Source of the DNA: Ferruginibacter sp.
GTDB taxonomy: Bacteria > Bacteroidota > Bacteroidia > Chitinophagales > Chitinophagaceae
Direction: 5' to 3'
Assembly: GCA_043757165.1 (NCBI GenBank)
Contig: JAYVPT010000040.1
Coordinates: forward strand, 60,786-124,785
DNA: 64,000 nucleotides
In this document: positions 8,999 to 18,604 of the stretch, piece after piece
Layout: every line of letters starts with the position of its first letter
Position numbering within the stretch: position 1 is the first letter of the stretch
Translations under genes and position numbers: made by a program
The notes under the pieces: generated by a model
What the model was told of the DNA's origin: nothing
Seen by the model: the letters and a program-made list of their open reading frames with translations, nothing else
The model's database searches: none

Positions 8999-11632
8999 AT
9001 GAGTTTACAAAACTTGACAATAAAATCTCAGGAACTTATTCAACATGCCCAGCAACTGGCATTTAATAACAGCAATGCCAATATTGAAACCGAGCATTTG
9101 CTGAAATCATTATTGGATGATAAAAATTCACCCATTGAATTTTTATTAAAGAAAAATAATGTCAATATCAATTTTGTTGAAACAAAGCTGAACGAAAGCA
9201 TTGGTAAACTGGCAAAAGTATCTGGTGGAGAACCTGCACAAAATGTAAGCAGGGATATGAATAATGTGTTGCTTCGTGCCGGTAATGTATTAAAGCAGTT
9301 TAATGATGAGTTTGTTGCTCCGGAACATTTATTACTTTCTTTATTACAGGGAAATGATAATACAGCTAAACTATTGAAAGACGCTGGCCTTACCGAAAAA
9401 GGATTGATTGCTGCCACTAAAGAATTAAAGAAAGGCTCCACTGTATCTTCCCAAACATCGGAAACACAATTTAATGCATTAAATAAATATGCAAAGAATT
9501 TAATTGAAATGGCAAGGGCTGGAAAATTAGATCCGGTTATTGGGCGTGATGAAGAGATACGCAGAACCTTACATATTTTATCGAGGAGAAGTAAGAACAA
9601 TCCAATTTTGGTAGGTGAACCAGGTGTAGGTAAAACAGCTATTGCCGAAGGCCTGGCCATGCGTATTGTAAATGGTGATGTGCCTGAAAATTTAAAATCA
9701 AAAATTATTTATGCACTGGACATGGGGCAATTAATTGCAGGTGCAAAATATAAAGGCGAGTTTGAAGAACGCTTAAAAAGTGTGGTAAAGGAAGTGAGCA
9801 CAAGCGATGGAGAAATTATTTTATTCATTGACGAAATTCATACTTTAGTAGGTGCAGGCGGTGGCGATGGTGCAATGGATGCTGCCAATATTTTAAAACC
9901 AGCTTTGGCAAGAGGAGAGTTGAGAGCAATAGGTGCAACAACTTTGAACGAGTATCAAAAATTCTTTGAAAAAGATAAGGCGCTGGAACGTCGTTTTCAA
10001 AAAGTATTGATTGACGAACCTACAATTGAAGATGCAGTTTCTATTCTTCGTGGATTAAAAGACCGTTACGAAACCTACCACCATGTTCGTATTAAAGATG
10101 AAGCTATTATTGCTGCAGTGGAATTATCGCATCGTTACATAACCGACCGTTTTTTACCGGATAAAGCCATTGACCTTATTGATGAAAGTGCAGCCAAACT
10201 CCGTTTGGAAATGAACAGCATGCCCGAAGAACTGGATAAATTAGAAAGGCAAATTCGTCAATTGGAAATAGAAAGAGAAGCTATTAAAAGGGAAGATGAT
10301 GAGGTTAAATTGAAACAGTTAAATACTGATATAGCCAATCTTGCTGTAGAAAGAGATACGTATAAAGCCAAATGGCAGCAGGAGAAAGAAATTGTTGAAA
10401 AAATTCAGAATGCCAAAGCTGCAATTGAAGAATTAAAGCAAGCTGCAGAAAAAGCAGAAAGGGAAGGTGATTATGGTAAAGTTGCTGAGATACGCTACGG
10501 AAAAGTAAAAGAACAGCAGGAAATAATTGAGGAATACACCAGGCAACTTGATACATCTACCGAAAAACGCCTGTTAAAGGAAGAAGTAGATGCTGAAGAT
10601 ATTGCAGAAAATGTGGCAAAAGCAACCGGCATACCTGTTGCAAAAATGCTGCAGGGCGAAAGAGAAAAGCTATTAAGCCTGGAAGATGAATTGCATAAAA
10701 GAGTGGTAGGGCAGGACGAAGCTATTGAAGCTGTTTCGGATGCTATCCGCCGGAGCAGGGCTGGTTTGCAGGATCCTAAAAAACCCATCGGCTCATTTAT
10801 TTTCCTTGGTACAACCGGTGTGGGAAAAACAGAACTGGCAAAAGCATTGGCAAACTATCTTTTTGATGACGATAGCATGATGACAAGAATAGATATGAGT
10901 GAATATCAGGAAAAACATTCAGTAAGCAGGTTGGTGGGTGCACCTCCCGGTTATGTGGGTTACGATGAAGGTGGGCAATTAACCGAAGCCGTACGACGTA
11001 AACCTTACTCGGTAGTTTTGCTGGATGAAATTGAAAAAGCACACCCGGATGTATTCAATATTTTGCTGCAGGTGCTTGATGACGGAAGGCTTACTGATAA
11101 TAAAGGCAGGGTGGTTAATTTTAAAAACACTATCATCATTATGACAAGCAATTTGGGCAGCCAGATCATACAGGAAAATTTTGAAAAGGTGACCGAAAAA
11201 AATAAAGAGGAGATAGTAGAGCAAACAAAAATAGAGGTGTTGGCACTGTTAAGACAAACCATACGCCCCGAGTTTTTAAACCGGATTGATGAAACTATTC
11301 TCTTTCAACCTTTGATGAAAAAGGAGATAAAAGGCATAATAAGCATACAATTGGCTGATTTGCAGAAATTAATTGGAAAAAATAACGTAAATTTGCAGTT
11401 CAGTGAGTATATTTTAGACTACCTGGCCGAAAACGGCTATGACCCTCAATTTGGTGCAAGACCCCTTAAACGTTTGATACAAAGAGAAATTGTTAATCAG
11501 TTGAGTAAGAGACTACTGGCAGGGGATATTGATAAAACAAAGCCGGTTTTGGTAGATGTATTTGACGGCACTGTGGTATTTAGAAACGAAGTGCCGGAAA
11601 CTGAAAAAGCTACAGGCGTAAAGATAAAGTAA
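8999..11632 (+). CDS. clpB: ATP-dependent chaperone ClpB
   Basis: Two AAA+ modules (GEPGVGKT; GTTGVGKT) with a coiled-coil middle domain. Start moved to ATG 8999. Confidence 0.97.
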   Translation: MSLQNLTIKSQELIQHAQQLAFNNSNANIETEHLLKSLLDDKNSPIEFLLKKNNVNINFVETKLNESIGKLAKVSGGEPAQNVSRDMNNVLLRAGNVLKQFNDEFVAPEHLLLSLLQGNDNTAKLLKDAGLTEKGLIAATKELKKGSTVSSQTSETQFNALNKYAKNLIEMARAGKLDPVIGRDEEIRRTLHILSRRSKNNPILVGEPGVGKTAIAEGLAMRIVNGDVPENLKSKIIYALDMGQLIAGAKYKGEFEERLKSVVKEVSTSDGEIILFIDEIHTLVGAGGGDGAMDAANILKPALARGELRAIGATTLNEYQKFFEKDKALERRFQKVLIDEPTIEDAVSILRGLKDRYETYHHVRIKDEAIIAAVELSHRYITDRFLPDKAIDLIDESAAKLRLEMNSMPEELDKLERQIRQLEIEREAIKREDDEVKLKQLNTDIANLAVERDTYKAKWQQEKEIVEKIQNAKAAIEELKQAAEKAEREGDYGKVAEIRYGKVKEQQEIIEEYTRQLDTSTEKRLLKEEVDAEDIAENVAKATGIPVAKMLQGEREKLLSLEDELHKRVVGQDEAIEAVSDAIRRSRAGLQDPKKPIGSFIFLGTTGVGKTELAKALANYLFDDDSMMTRIDMSEYQEKHSVSRLVGAPPGYVGYDEGGQLTEAVRRKPYSVVLLDEIEKAHPDVFNILLQVLDDGRLTDNKGRVVNFKNTIIIMTSNLGSQIIQENFEKVTEKNKEEIVEQTKIEVLALLRQTIRPEFLNRIDETILFQPLMKKEIKGIISIQLADLQKLIGKNNVNLQFSEYILDYLAENGYDPQFGARPLKRLIQREIVNQLSKRLLAGDIDKTKPVLVDVFDGTVVFRNEVPETEKATGVKIK

Positions 11633-11691
11633 GTATTTTTAGTATAAATAAACTGTTACAAAACAACAGGAAAAAGATAAAAAGATAAATT

Positions 11692-12264
11692 ATGGCAATG
11701 AAACCAAAAGAGGTTGTAGAGATTATTCCAAGCAAAGACATATTTGTTGGTAATCCAGATGCAGCAGTTACCTTAACAGAATTTGGCGAGTACGAAAGTG
11801 AAGATTGTGCAAAGGCCAATGAAGTAGTAAAACAATTATTGGAAGAATTTGATGGCAGGATAAAATTTCAGTTCCGTCATTTTCCACAAACCAGAATTCA
11901 CCAGCGCTCTATGAAAGCTGCCGAAGCTTCTTTGGCTGCTGCTCAGTTGGGCAAATTTTGGGAGATGCACAACATCTTATTTCAAAACCGCCGTCAATTA
12001 GGTACAACCAGTTTAAAATTATATTCTAAAGAAGCTGGTGTAATTAATAAACACTTTTTAGAACAACTGCTCGACTCAACTTTTGGCTGGCAGGTGCGTA
12101 ACGATTTTGAAGATGGGATTAATAAAGGTGTAAAAGATGTGCCTTCGTTTTTTGTAAATGGCGAACCGGTAACCGGAAAATTATCATTCGATAATTTAAG
12201 CAAGGAAATTGAAGCAGCACTTAAAAAAGTAAAGAAAAAAGCCCCGGTAAAACAAAGGGCATAA
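11692..12264 (+). CDS. DsbA-like thioredoxin-fold protein with SxxC in place of CxxC
   Basis: GNPDAAVTLTEFGEYESEDC, FRHFP and GVKDVPSFFVNG (cis-Pro loop). Confidence 0.85.
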   Translation: MAMKPKEVVEIIPSKDIFVGNPDAAVTLTEFGEYESEDCAKANEVVKQLLEEFDGRIKFQFRHFPQTRIHQRSMKAAEASLAAAQLGKFWEMHNILFQNRRQLGTTSLKLYSKEAGVINKHFLEQLLDSTFGWQVRNDFEDGINKGVKDVPSFFVNGEPVTGKLSFDNLSKEIEAALKKVKKKAPVKQRA

Positions 12265-12271
12265 ATTATAG

Positions 12272-12300
12272 AAACCTCAACCACAAGTTGAGGTTTTTTT
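12272..12300. terminator. Bidirectional terminator
   Basis: AAACCTCAAC/GTTGAGGTTT stem plus T-run, between convergent genes. Confidence 0.75.
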
Positions 12301-12333
12301 ATGAGTATAACTTTACTGATTTATAAAAACTGC

Positions 12334-15003
12334 CTACCTCAATAAAGTAAACATTCCTTTTTTCTGTATTAATGGCTGATTAAAAAACTGGTATTTACAT
12401 ACCCACACAAAACTTCCTGCTGTCGGTTTGCTGCTGCCATTAAAATTGCCATTCCAGGCAGTTTTAGTATTGCCTGTCTTAAATACAATCTGCCCATAGC
12501 GGTTATAAATGGCAAATTCGTACCTGATAACTCTTCCGCCAATAAGGGGTTTATAAGTATCATTAATTCCATCTCCATTTGGCGTAAAGGCATTGGGGAA
12601 GAAAATGTAATCGGGGCATATTTTTGTTTTTATTAAAACGGTATCCTGTAATATGCAACCTTTAGGATACTCTGCACTAATGCTGTAAACAGTAGTTACA
12701 CCGGGGTATAAAGCCCATTGGTTATTTATGCTTAAGCTTGCATAGCTGGCGGGTTGCCAGGTGTAGTTAGTAAAAATTGCCGGCAAATTAATTTTGGCAG
12801 TATCCCAGGAGCATAATTCCTGTGGATAGTTTATAACCAAACCGGCATCTAAAGGCTTAACCAATATGGTATCGCTTAAAATGCGGTTGCAGCTGTCTTT
12901 AACTGTTACATAATATTTACCGGGCTGTGTTACAATAAAACTTTCTGTAGCTGTACCATTCTGCCATTGGTAGCTGTTATAACCATTGCCTGCATGTAAT
13001 GTAATTGTTTTGCCCGGGCAGTGCATAGTATCATTACCCAGTTTTGGTATTACCGGTACAACTGTATTTAATAAAACAGTATCTGCATAAATTCGGCCGC
13101 AACTGTCAACAGCAGTTACATAATATTTACCCGGCTGCATTGTGGTGTAGCTTTCCGTAGTTGTTCCATCCTGCCATAAATAAGTTTTAAAACTATTACC
13201 TGCATGCAGGGTAACGGCTGTGCCGGGGCAAGTGGTAATATCGTTACCCAAATTAAGGCCATTGGCTGGCGGGCTATACACAGTAATGGGTAACGAATCG
13301 GTTAGTGTACAGCCTGCAAAATTTACTTTTATAAAACCAGTATAAGCTTTTAAATACTCAACATATAAACTGGTATCTGTCTGGCTTAGTATTTTTATAG
13401 CACTGCTATCAACCTGCCAGCTTGTTATCCTTTTACATAAGGGGTTACGCACTAATTTAAAACTATCCATGGGGCTACTAAGGCAATGAAAATTATTACC
13501 CAATATTTTTATGGTATCACAAATACTTACCTGTTTGCAAATTTGCTGTTGGGGCATGGCAAAGTTTTGCATAATACCGTCAGGTATTATATCTGTAACG
13601 GTTGCAGAGATAGTTCCGGTATCCTGATAATTAAGCGTTGGTATAATCTGCGAATAAGCTGGTGAATTATAAAAAAATGTGGTATCATAACCTAAACAGG
13701 GGCTTAATGTATTGTAAAATGGTATATGATCATATACCAGTAATGTCATAGGGAAGTTTACTCCAGTAAAGCTTCCGGATTGAAAATTTAATGTACCGTC
13801 TTTTTTGAAGCCAATGGTGGTTTTTGCCGCAGCCCACGGAAAAGCAAAAGGGCTGTAATCTATTTTTCGCTGTGCTGTTATTTGTAAATTATTGTCAACG
13901 GTTATATAACTTAATTTATTTAACTCGAAAACGCCGCTCCTGTATTCCTGAAAAACAAAGGAAGTTTCACTTTTTTTGTTTACGCTTATATAGTTTTCAT
14001 TATTAGAAAAACTGCTTGCAAATACTGCAGAAGAATTTATATAAGCAGTTTTTAATGGAATTAAATTACTGTCTAATTTGCAATAGACTTGTTTAGTTAT
14101 TGCTCCGCCGGGGCTATTTGTAAAATAGGAAACACCTACTAACAAAACCGTGCTAGTGGCATCATCATAATTAAGGTTATTGGGATAAAATTTAAGCATT
14201 TGTGAACCAGCAGTAATAAAACAGCGGAGGGTTTGCTGCTGTATTACTTTGCCAGTATTGCCATTGATTTTTGCAAAATGAACAAAATGTAGCGCAGCCG
14301 GATGATTAGCAGAACCGTCTGGGCTTGTAAAACCGGTATTGCAAACTAATAAATTATTGTTAGGCAGTGCACATATTTTAACACCTGTGTTTGTAAAACC
14401 TGCCGGTGGATTTATGAAACTAAAGTTTTTTGCCCAAAAAACATTGCCCATTGTTGAAAAAGCAGCAATGTCGCCGGCATAGTTATAAAAAAACAAATTA
14501 CCGACGTTTAATACTGGCAGTTCAAACATATTGCCAAATAGATAATTATTACTTGATGAATTGATTTGCTTTATCCATATAAAATTACCGGTGCTATCCA
14601 TTTTTGTAATAGTTGGTTTGCTGGTAACAGCAGGATGAGTGCTGCCTGTAAAATATAAGTCAGCTTTATCATCAATAGCTACCAACTGCCCAAAGTTTTG
14701 AAAATTACTGTTAACAGTTGCCGGTCTATACCATTTTGATGAGACAAGATTATTGTCCTTATTAAATTTAATGATGCTGCTATACCACATGGCGCTTGCT
14801 AGTGGCGAAATCCCATAAGCGCCGCCTAAAAAAATATTATCTGCACTGTCTCTTTGGGCAACTGTATTAATAGTTTCTTTAAAATACTGAAAAAAAGTAG
14901 GGTTGAATTTATTGAATGTAATAGAGTCAATACAGCTATTACGTTGTGCTTTTAAAAAAGAGCTGAAGAAAAGCAGTGTTAATATTGTAAATAATGTTTT
15001 CAT
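12334..15003 (-). CDS. Secreted protein with a T9SS type B (gliding-motility-associated, CHU_C) C-terminal domain
   Basis: Signal peptide, two tandem Ig-like repeats and C-terminal FPNAFTPNGDGIND...YNRYGQ...WNG...GMFTLLR. Confidence 0.9.
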   Translation of the reverse strand: MKTLFTILTLLFFSSFLKAQRNSCIDSITFNKFNPTFFQYFKETINTVAQRDSADNIFLGGAYGISPLASAMWYSSIIKFNKDNNLVSSKWYRPATVNSNFQNFGQLVAIDDKADLYFTGSTHPAVTSKPTITKMDSTGNFIWIKQINSSSNNYLFGNMFELPVLNVGNLFFYNYAGDIAAFSTMGNVFWAKNFSFINPPAGFTNTGVKICALPNNNLLVCNTGFTSPDGSANHPAALHFVHFAKINGNTGKVIQQQTLRCFITAGSQMLKFYPNNLNYDDATSTVLLVGVSYFTNSPGGAITKQVYCKLDSNLIPLKTAYINSSAVFASSFSNNENYISVNKKSETSFVFQEYRSGVFELNKLSYITVDNNLQITAQRKIDYSPFAFPWAAAKTTIGFKKDGTLNFQSGSFTGVNFPMTLLVYDHIPFYNTLSPCLGYDTTFFYNSPAYSQIIPTLNYQDTGTISATVTDIIPDGIMQNFAMPQQQICKQVSICDTIKILGNNFHCLSSPMDSFKLVRNPLCKRITSWQVDSSAIKILSQTDTSLYVEYLKAYTGFIKVNFAGCTLTDSLPITVYSPPANGLNLGNDITTCPGTAVTLHAGNSFKTYLWQDGTTTESYTTMQPGKYYVTAVDSCGRIYADTVLLNTVVPVIPKLGNDTMHCPGKTITLHAGNGYNSYQWQNGTATESFIVTQPGKYYVTVKDSCNRILSDTILVKPLDAGLVINYPQELCSWDTAKINLPAIFTNYTWQPASYASLSINNQWALYPGVTTVYSISAEYPKGCILQDTVLIKTKICPDYIFFPNAFTPNGDGINDTYKPLIGGRVIRYEFAIYNRYGQIVFKTGNTKTAWNGNFNGSSKPTAGSFVWVCKYQFFNQPLIQKKGMFTLLR

Positions 15004-15018
15004 TTATATTGAAAATAT

Positions 15019-15061
15019 AAAAGTACCTGCCTGTTTTTAACCAAAACAGGCAGGTACTTTT
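15019..15061 (-). terminator. 19-bp perfect hairpin (terminator or mRNA stabiliser)
   Basis: AAAAGTACCTGCCTGTTTT-TAACC-AAAACAGGCAGGTACTTTT. Confidence 0.75.
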
Positions 15062-15067
15062 GTTTAA

Positions 15068-16277
15068 TTATTGTATGGTAATGTTTCCGTAGTAATAATA
15101 GGTATAGCCGCTTCCAGTTGTTCCATTTCCACCATTTACACATCCATTTCCTCCTGAAGGAGGAGTAGGAGTAAGAGGTGGAAAATTTGCATACCAATTG
15201 GGGTTTGTGTATTTCCAGTTTCGATAACGGAAAACCAAATTATAATTTCCTGTTGGTAAAGTAGGCCCACTCATGAAGAAGCCAGTTGATGTTGGTGCGT
15301 TATAAGGAATTAATCCAGTTCCACCATTGCCATATCCAGTCATGTTAGAGAGCCATGATAAACCTCCATTAAGTGAATACTGTGCCTCAATAACATCGGG
15401 TGCAATAAATGTGCTGTTATATATACAGGTGTTAATTGATGATGCAACCGTATTAACTGAAACCGAAGCTGCATATGTTGTGCCATTTGTAGCTAAAAGG
15501 CACAAAATCTTTTCATTTCTTTTGCAGGGGTCGTTACCACTTGCGCCTGTAAAGCCAGCTGATGTTACAGCAGCACTGCCCACTAAATAATTGGTGCCAT
15601 TGCTGCAGGTGGTGCTAAATAAAGCAGATGTATACACCGAGTAAGCAGTACCGCCATTTACAATTGGTAAAGAAATTTTAGTTGGGCAGGTAAATACAAC
15701 CCGGTATATATTGTTACCCGTGTTAATCGGGTCTGGGCCTATGTCTGTTACATCTATTTTATTATAATGGCCAATAATTTCATCCACAACCAGCGCATTG
15801 GTAGCTACGTCATAAATTTTTAAATACCCCTTTGTTAGTTTTGTGTAAATAGCATTATCCCACGATAATTGATAGGTAAATTGTAAATAATAGGCTTCAT
15901 TATTAAAGCTTCCGGGGTTGGGGCCGCATTCATAAGCCCTTGCATATTGTACAAGGTTACAGTAAGCAGGGGTTGTAAAATTGCAGGCTGCAGGTGTTCC
16001 GGTGGTACTGCCAGCCGAAAGCGGGTTATTGTTTTCAGTTTTCATCCGCCAAAAATGTCTTTACAGGTATATTTACATCAAATACCTGGGTAGGCATTTT
16101 TTCAATTGCTGGTAATTTTGCTATTTGTGCTTTAATATCAGCCTCAAAACCCTTTAATTCTTCTGTTGTTAATTCGTTATTGTTTAGGGTAGTTTTTTTA
16201 CAGCCAATAAATGTAAGTACTACAATTGCAGCCATTGCCAGTATTATAAGGGATACTTTTTTTAATGTTGTTTTCAT
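15068..16277 (-). pseudogene. Cys-rich lipoprotein split into 80-aa and 325-aa ORFs by a 7-nt tandem duplication
   Basis: Lipobox LTFIGC26 in the upstream ORF. GTTTTCA is duplicated at 16031-16044; removing one copy gives a single 400-aa ORF (...FLADENNNPLSAG...). Confidence 0.75.
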
Positions 16278-16561
16278 TGTTTAATTTTTTGGTGTTGAAC
16301 AAATTCGTGTAGAGTTGTAGATTTTTTACATTTACTGCCCAAACATGAATTTGATTACGGAGGCTTGTACTCAGCCTCTAGCACCAAAAAATTAAATTGC
16401 TGTTTAGTTTTGCCATAAATCCTTATAGCAAAATAACATATATACCTATGGGGGGGATGCGGTACATGATTTGAATTTCTAACTGTAATATATAAAAATT
16501 AATTTATAAATTCATGCATGTGGATAAATAATAATTTAACAGCGATAAAAATAGGAGTGAG

Positions 16562-17530
16562 TTATTCAGTTACTTCAACAGCATAGATCATTAACTCTTT
16601 GCCATTTACCAAAACAGTAACCGGAAAGCTGTCTTCATCTTCAAATTTATAAGAAAAAGAAAGGATGTTATTGCTAAATGCAAAATCCATGTCTTTTATT
16701 TTTTTACTTTTTCCATCACTTATAACAAGTGCTACTTTAGAGATAACAGCATTAGTATTTAGTTGATAACTAAAATAAAGCGGCTTACCTGCTTTTGTTT
16801 TAACAGCACCATCGTTTGGTGTAAATTTTTTTAAACCAAACTCGTAAGCGGCAGATTTAATTATTGGCAGGTTTAAGAAATCGGCCTTGTTTTTAAGCCT
16901 GCCGGGGCCTAAATACCAGGCAATATTATCAGGGTAATGTTGCCAGTTAAAAAGGCCGAGATCTGCAAAAAAATAATCAGGATTAAAGGCTTTTGTAAAA
17001 CTTTTAAAATCAGCATCGGTATAACCGCTGCCCCAGCAGGCATCAACATAATACCAGGCTTCGGGGCTTTGGCCTAATTGCACCACTGCCCAGCTATGAT
17101 TGATCTCTAATTTTTTATAGTTGATTGCTTCAATATTATTTTTTACAAAACCATTTACCGTAAGGCAACGAATGCCGGCACTGCTGCACATATCCTGAAA
17201 AAGACTGGCATAACCAGCGCCTGTTCCTTTTCGGTATAATAATACTTCGGTTGATGTATTTTTTTCGGTTCCACCACTTCTGGCCACTTTATAATCGTAA
17301 CTTATGTTGTAGGCAATCCAGTCAAATATAGCACGAGTCTTATCCGTTTTATCCTCGTAATTTTTCGTTAGCAGGTTACTGATGGTGCCCATGTTCATGC
17401 TATCCAACATGCCCAGTTTTTTTACATATTCATCAACAGCCTTAAAATCCCTGCCAACCTTTTGCCCAAAAGCAGGAATGGTAATGCAGAGCAATATAAA
17501 GGGCAATATCTTTTTTATAAAATAATTCAT
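16562..17530 (-). CDS. Transglutaminase-like domain protein with the catalytic Cys replaced by Gly
   Basis: RAIFDWIAYNISYD, KGTGAGYA, NHSWAVV and YYVDACW motifs; signal peptide. Confidence 0.85.
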   Translation of the reverse strand: MNYFIKKILPFILLCITIPAFGQKVGRDFKAVDEYVKKLGMLDSMNMGTISNLLTKNYEDKTDKTRAIFDWIAYNISYDYKVARSGGTEKNTSTEVLLYRKGTGAGYASLFQDMCSSAGIRCLTVNGFVKNNIEAINYKKLEINHSWAVVQLGQSPEAWYYVDACWGSGYTDADFKSFTKAFNPDYFFADLGLFNWQHYPDNIAWYLGPGRLKNKADFLNLPIIKSAAYEFGLKKFTPNDGAVKTKAGKPLYFSYQLNTNAVISKVALVISDGKSKKIKDMDFAFSNNILSFSYKFEDEDSFPVTVLVNGKELMIYAVEVTE

Positions 17531-17575
17531 TTACTAAAATTAAATATCTAAACGTTAATAATTACCGAAAGTGGT

Positions 17576-18550
17576 TTATTTAAAATCAAAAAGTGTGGCA
17601 GTAAACACCCCTCTTTCCCTTGATTTAAAAATGGCTTTCCAGTTACCTTTATAACGTATTAATGAGGGTACTAGGTATTTGTCAAATTTTGTAAGCTCCA
17701 CTTCCATCTGTACTTTAAAATCGTAAACGCCTGCATTGTAACTAAGGCTGTAATTTCTTGCAAGCACTTCATAGGTTTTATCATTAAACCAGGTGGTCAT
17801 TTCATCAATTACCACATCGCCTTTATTTTCCGGTTTTACAGTTTGTTTAAAAATGTAGCAATTGGTATTATTATGAATATCCATATCAATACTCATGTCG
17901 TATTTATCACCCATATCATCATCGAAAATGGCAGTTTTATTACTGATAAAAGGAATACCATTTATTTTTTTACCTGGATTAAAGAAGAGCTTTTTTAATT
18001 GTTCCTTATGTTTTTCCATACCGCTCTTTCCTGCTGTACTGAATCCCCTTCCCACTACAATATTATCCTCTCCACAAACAGAATCTTTTGTAAAAAAGAG
18101 TGATGCATACATTTGCGCTGTATAATAATTGTAATTGCGGTCATCAGTATAAAAATCACCGGTTACTTTTTCTTCAAGAGTTTGCATGCTGCGGCAATTA
18201 TTACTGCGTAGTTGTTTTGTTTTACTGTACAAGCTGGCTTTGGCTTCACCATCGCTATTATTAATTCTAATATCATTAATGGCGCTGAACTGTAATATGC
18301 GCAGGTTGCGAAAGGCTTTATAAAAACTGGTATCATTCTTTATACGTTCAATAAAGGCAGGGATATTTAATTTATTATTCAATACCACTTCACTCAGGGT
18401 GATAGTCTTTTTACCTATCATTACTGTAGTGTCGTTTTGTTGCTGTGCGGTAATAGCTGCAGCAAACAGCAGATAAAAAATAAAAAGGATAAAGTATTTA
18501 AATCGTATGTGTAGAGATAGCATTTTAAAGGAGAGAAAATAAGAGTACAT
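17576..18550 (-). CDS. Hypothetical secreted protein (start could be 18523)
   Basis: Long ORF with a signal peptide, co-oriented with def; no motif recognised. Confidence 0.7.
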   Translation of the reverse strand: MYSYFLSFKMLSLHIRFKYFILFIFYLLFAAAITAQQQNDTTVMIGKKTITLSEVVLNNKLNIPAFIERIKNDTSFYKAFRNLRILQFSAINDIRINNSDGEAKASLYSKTKQLRSNNCRSMQTLEEKVTGDFYTDDRNYNYYTAQMYASLFFTKDSVCGEDNIVVGRGFSTAGKSGMEKHKEQLKKLFFNPGKKINGIPFISNKTAIFDDDMGDKYDMSIDMDIHNNTNCYIFKQTVKPENKGDVVIDEMTTWFNDKTYEVLARNYSLSYNAGVYDFKVQMEVELTKFDKYLVPSLIRYKGNWKAIFKSRERGVFTATLFDFK

Positions 18551-18604
18551 AAGTCTTTAAATTTAAAAGCTATAATTCTCCGCCAATCGGCGGATCAGGG
18601 GTAT

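Noticed and set aside
16450-16456. G7 tract as a phase-variable promoter element
   Set aside because: It is too short to be convincing without read data.
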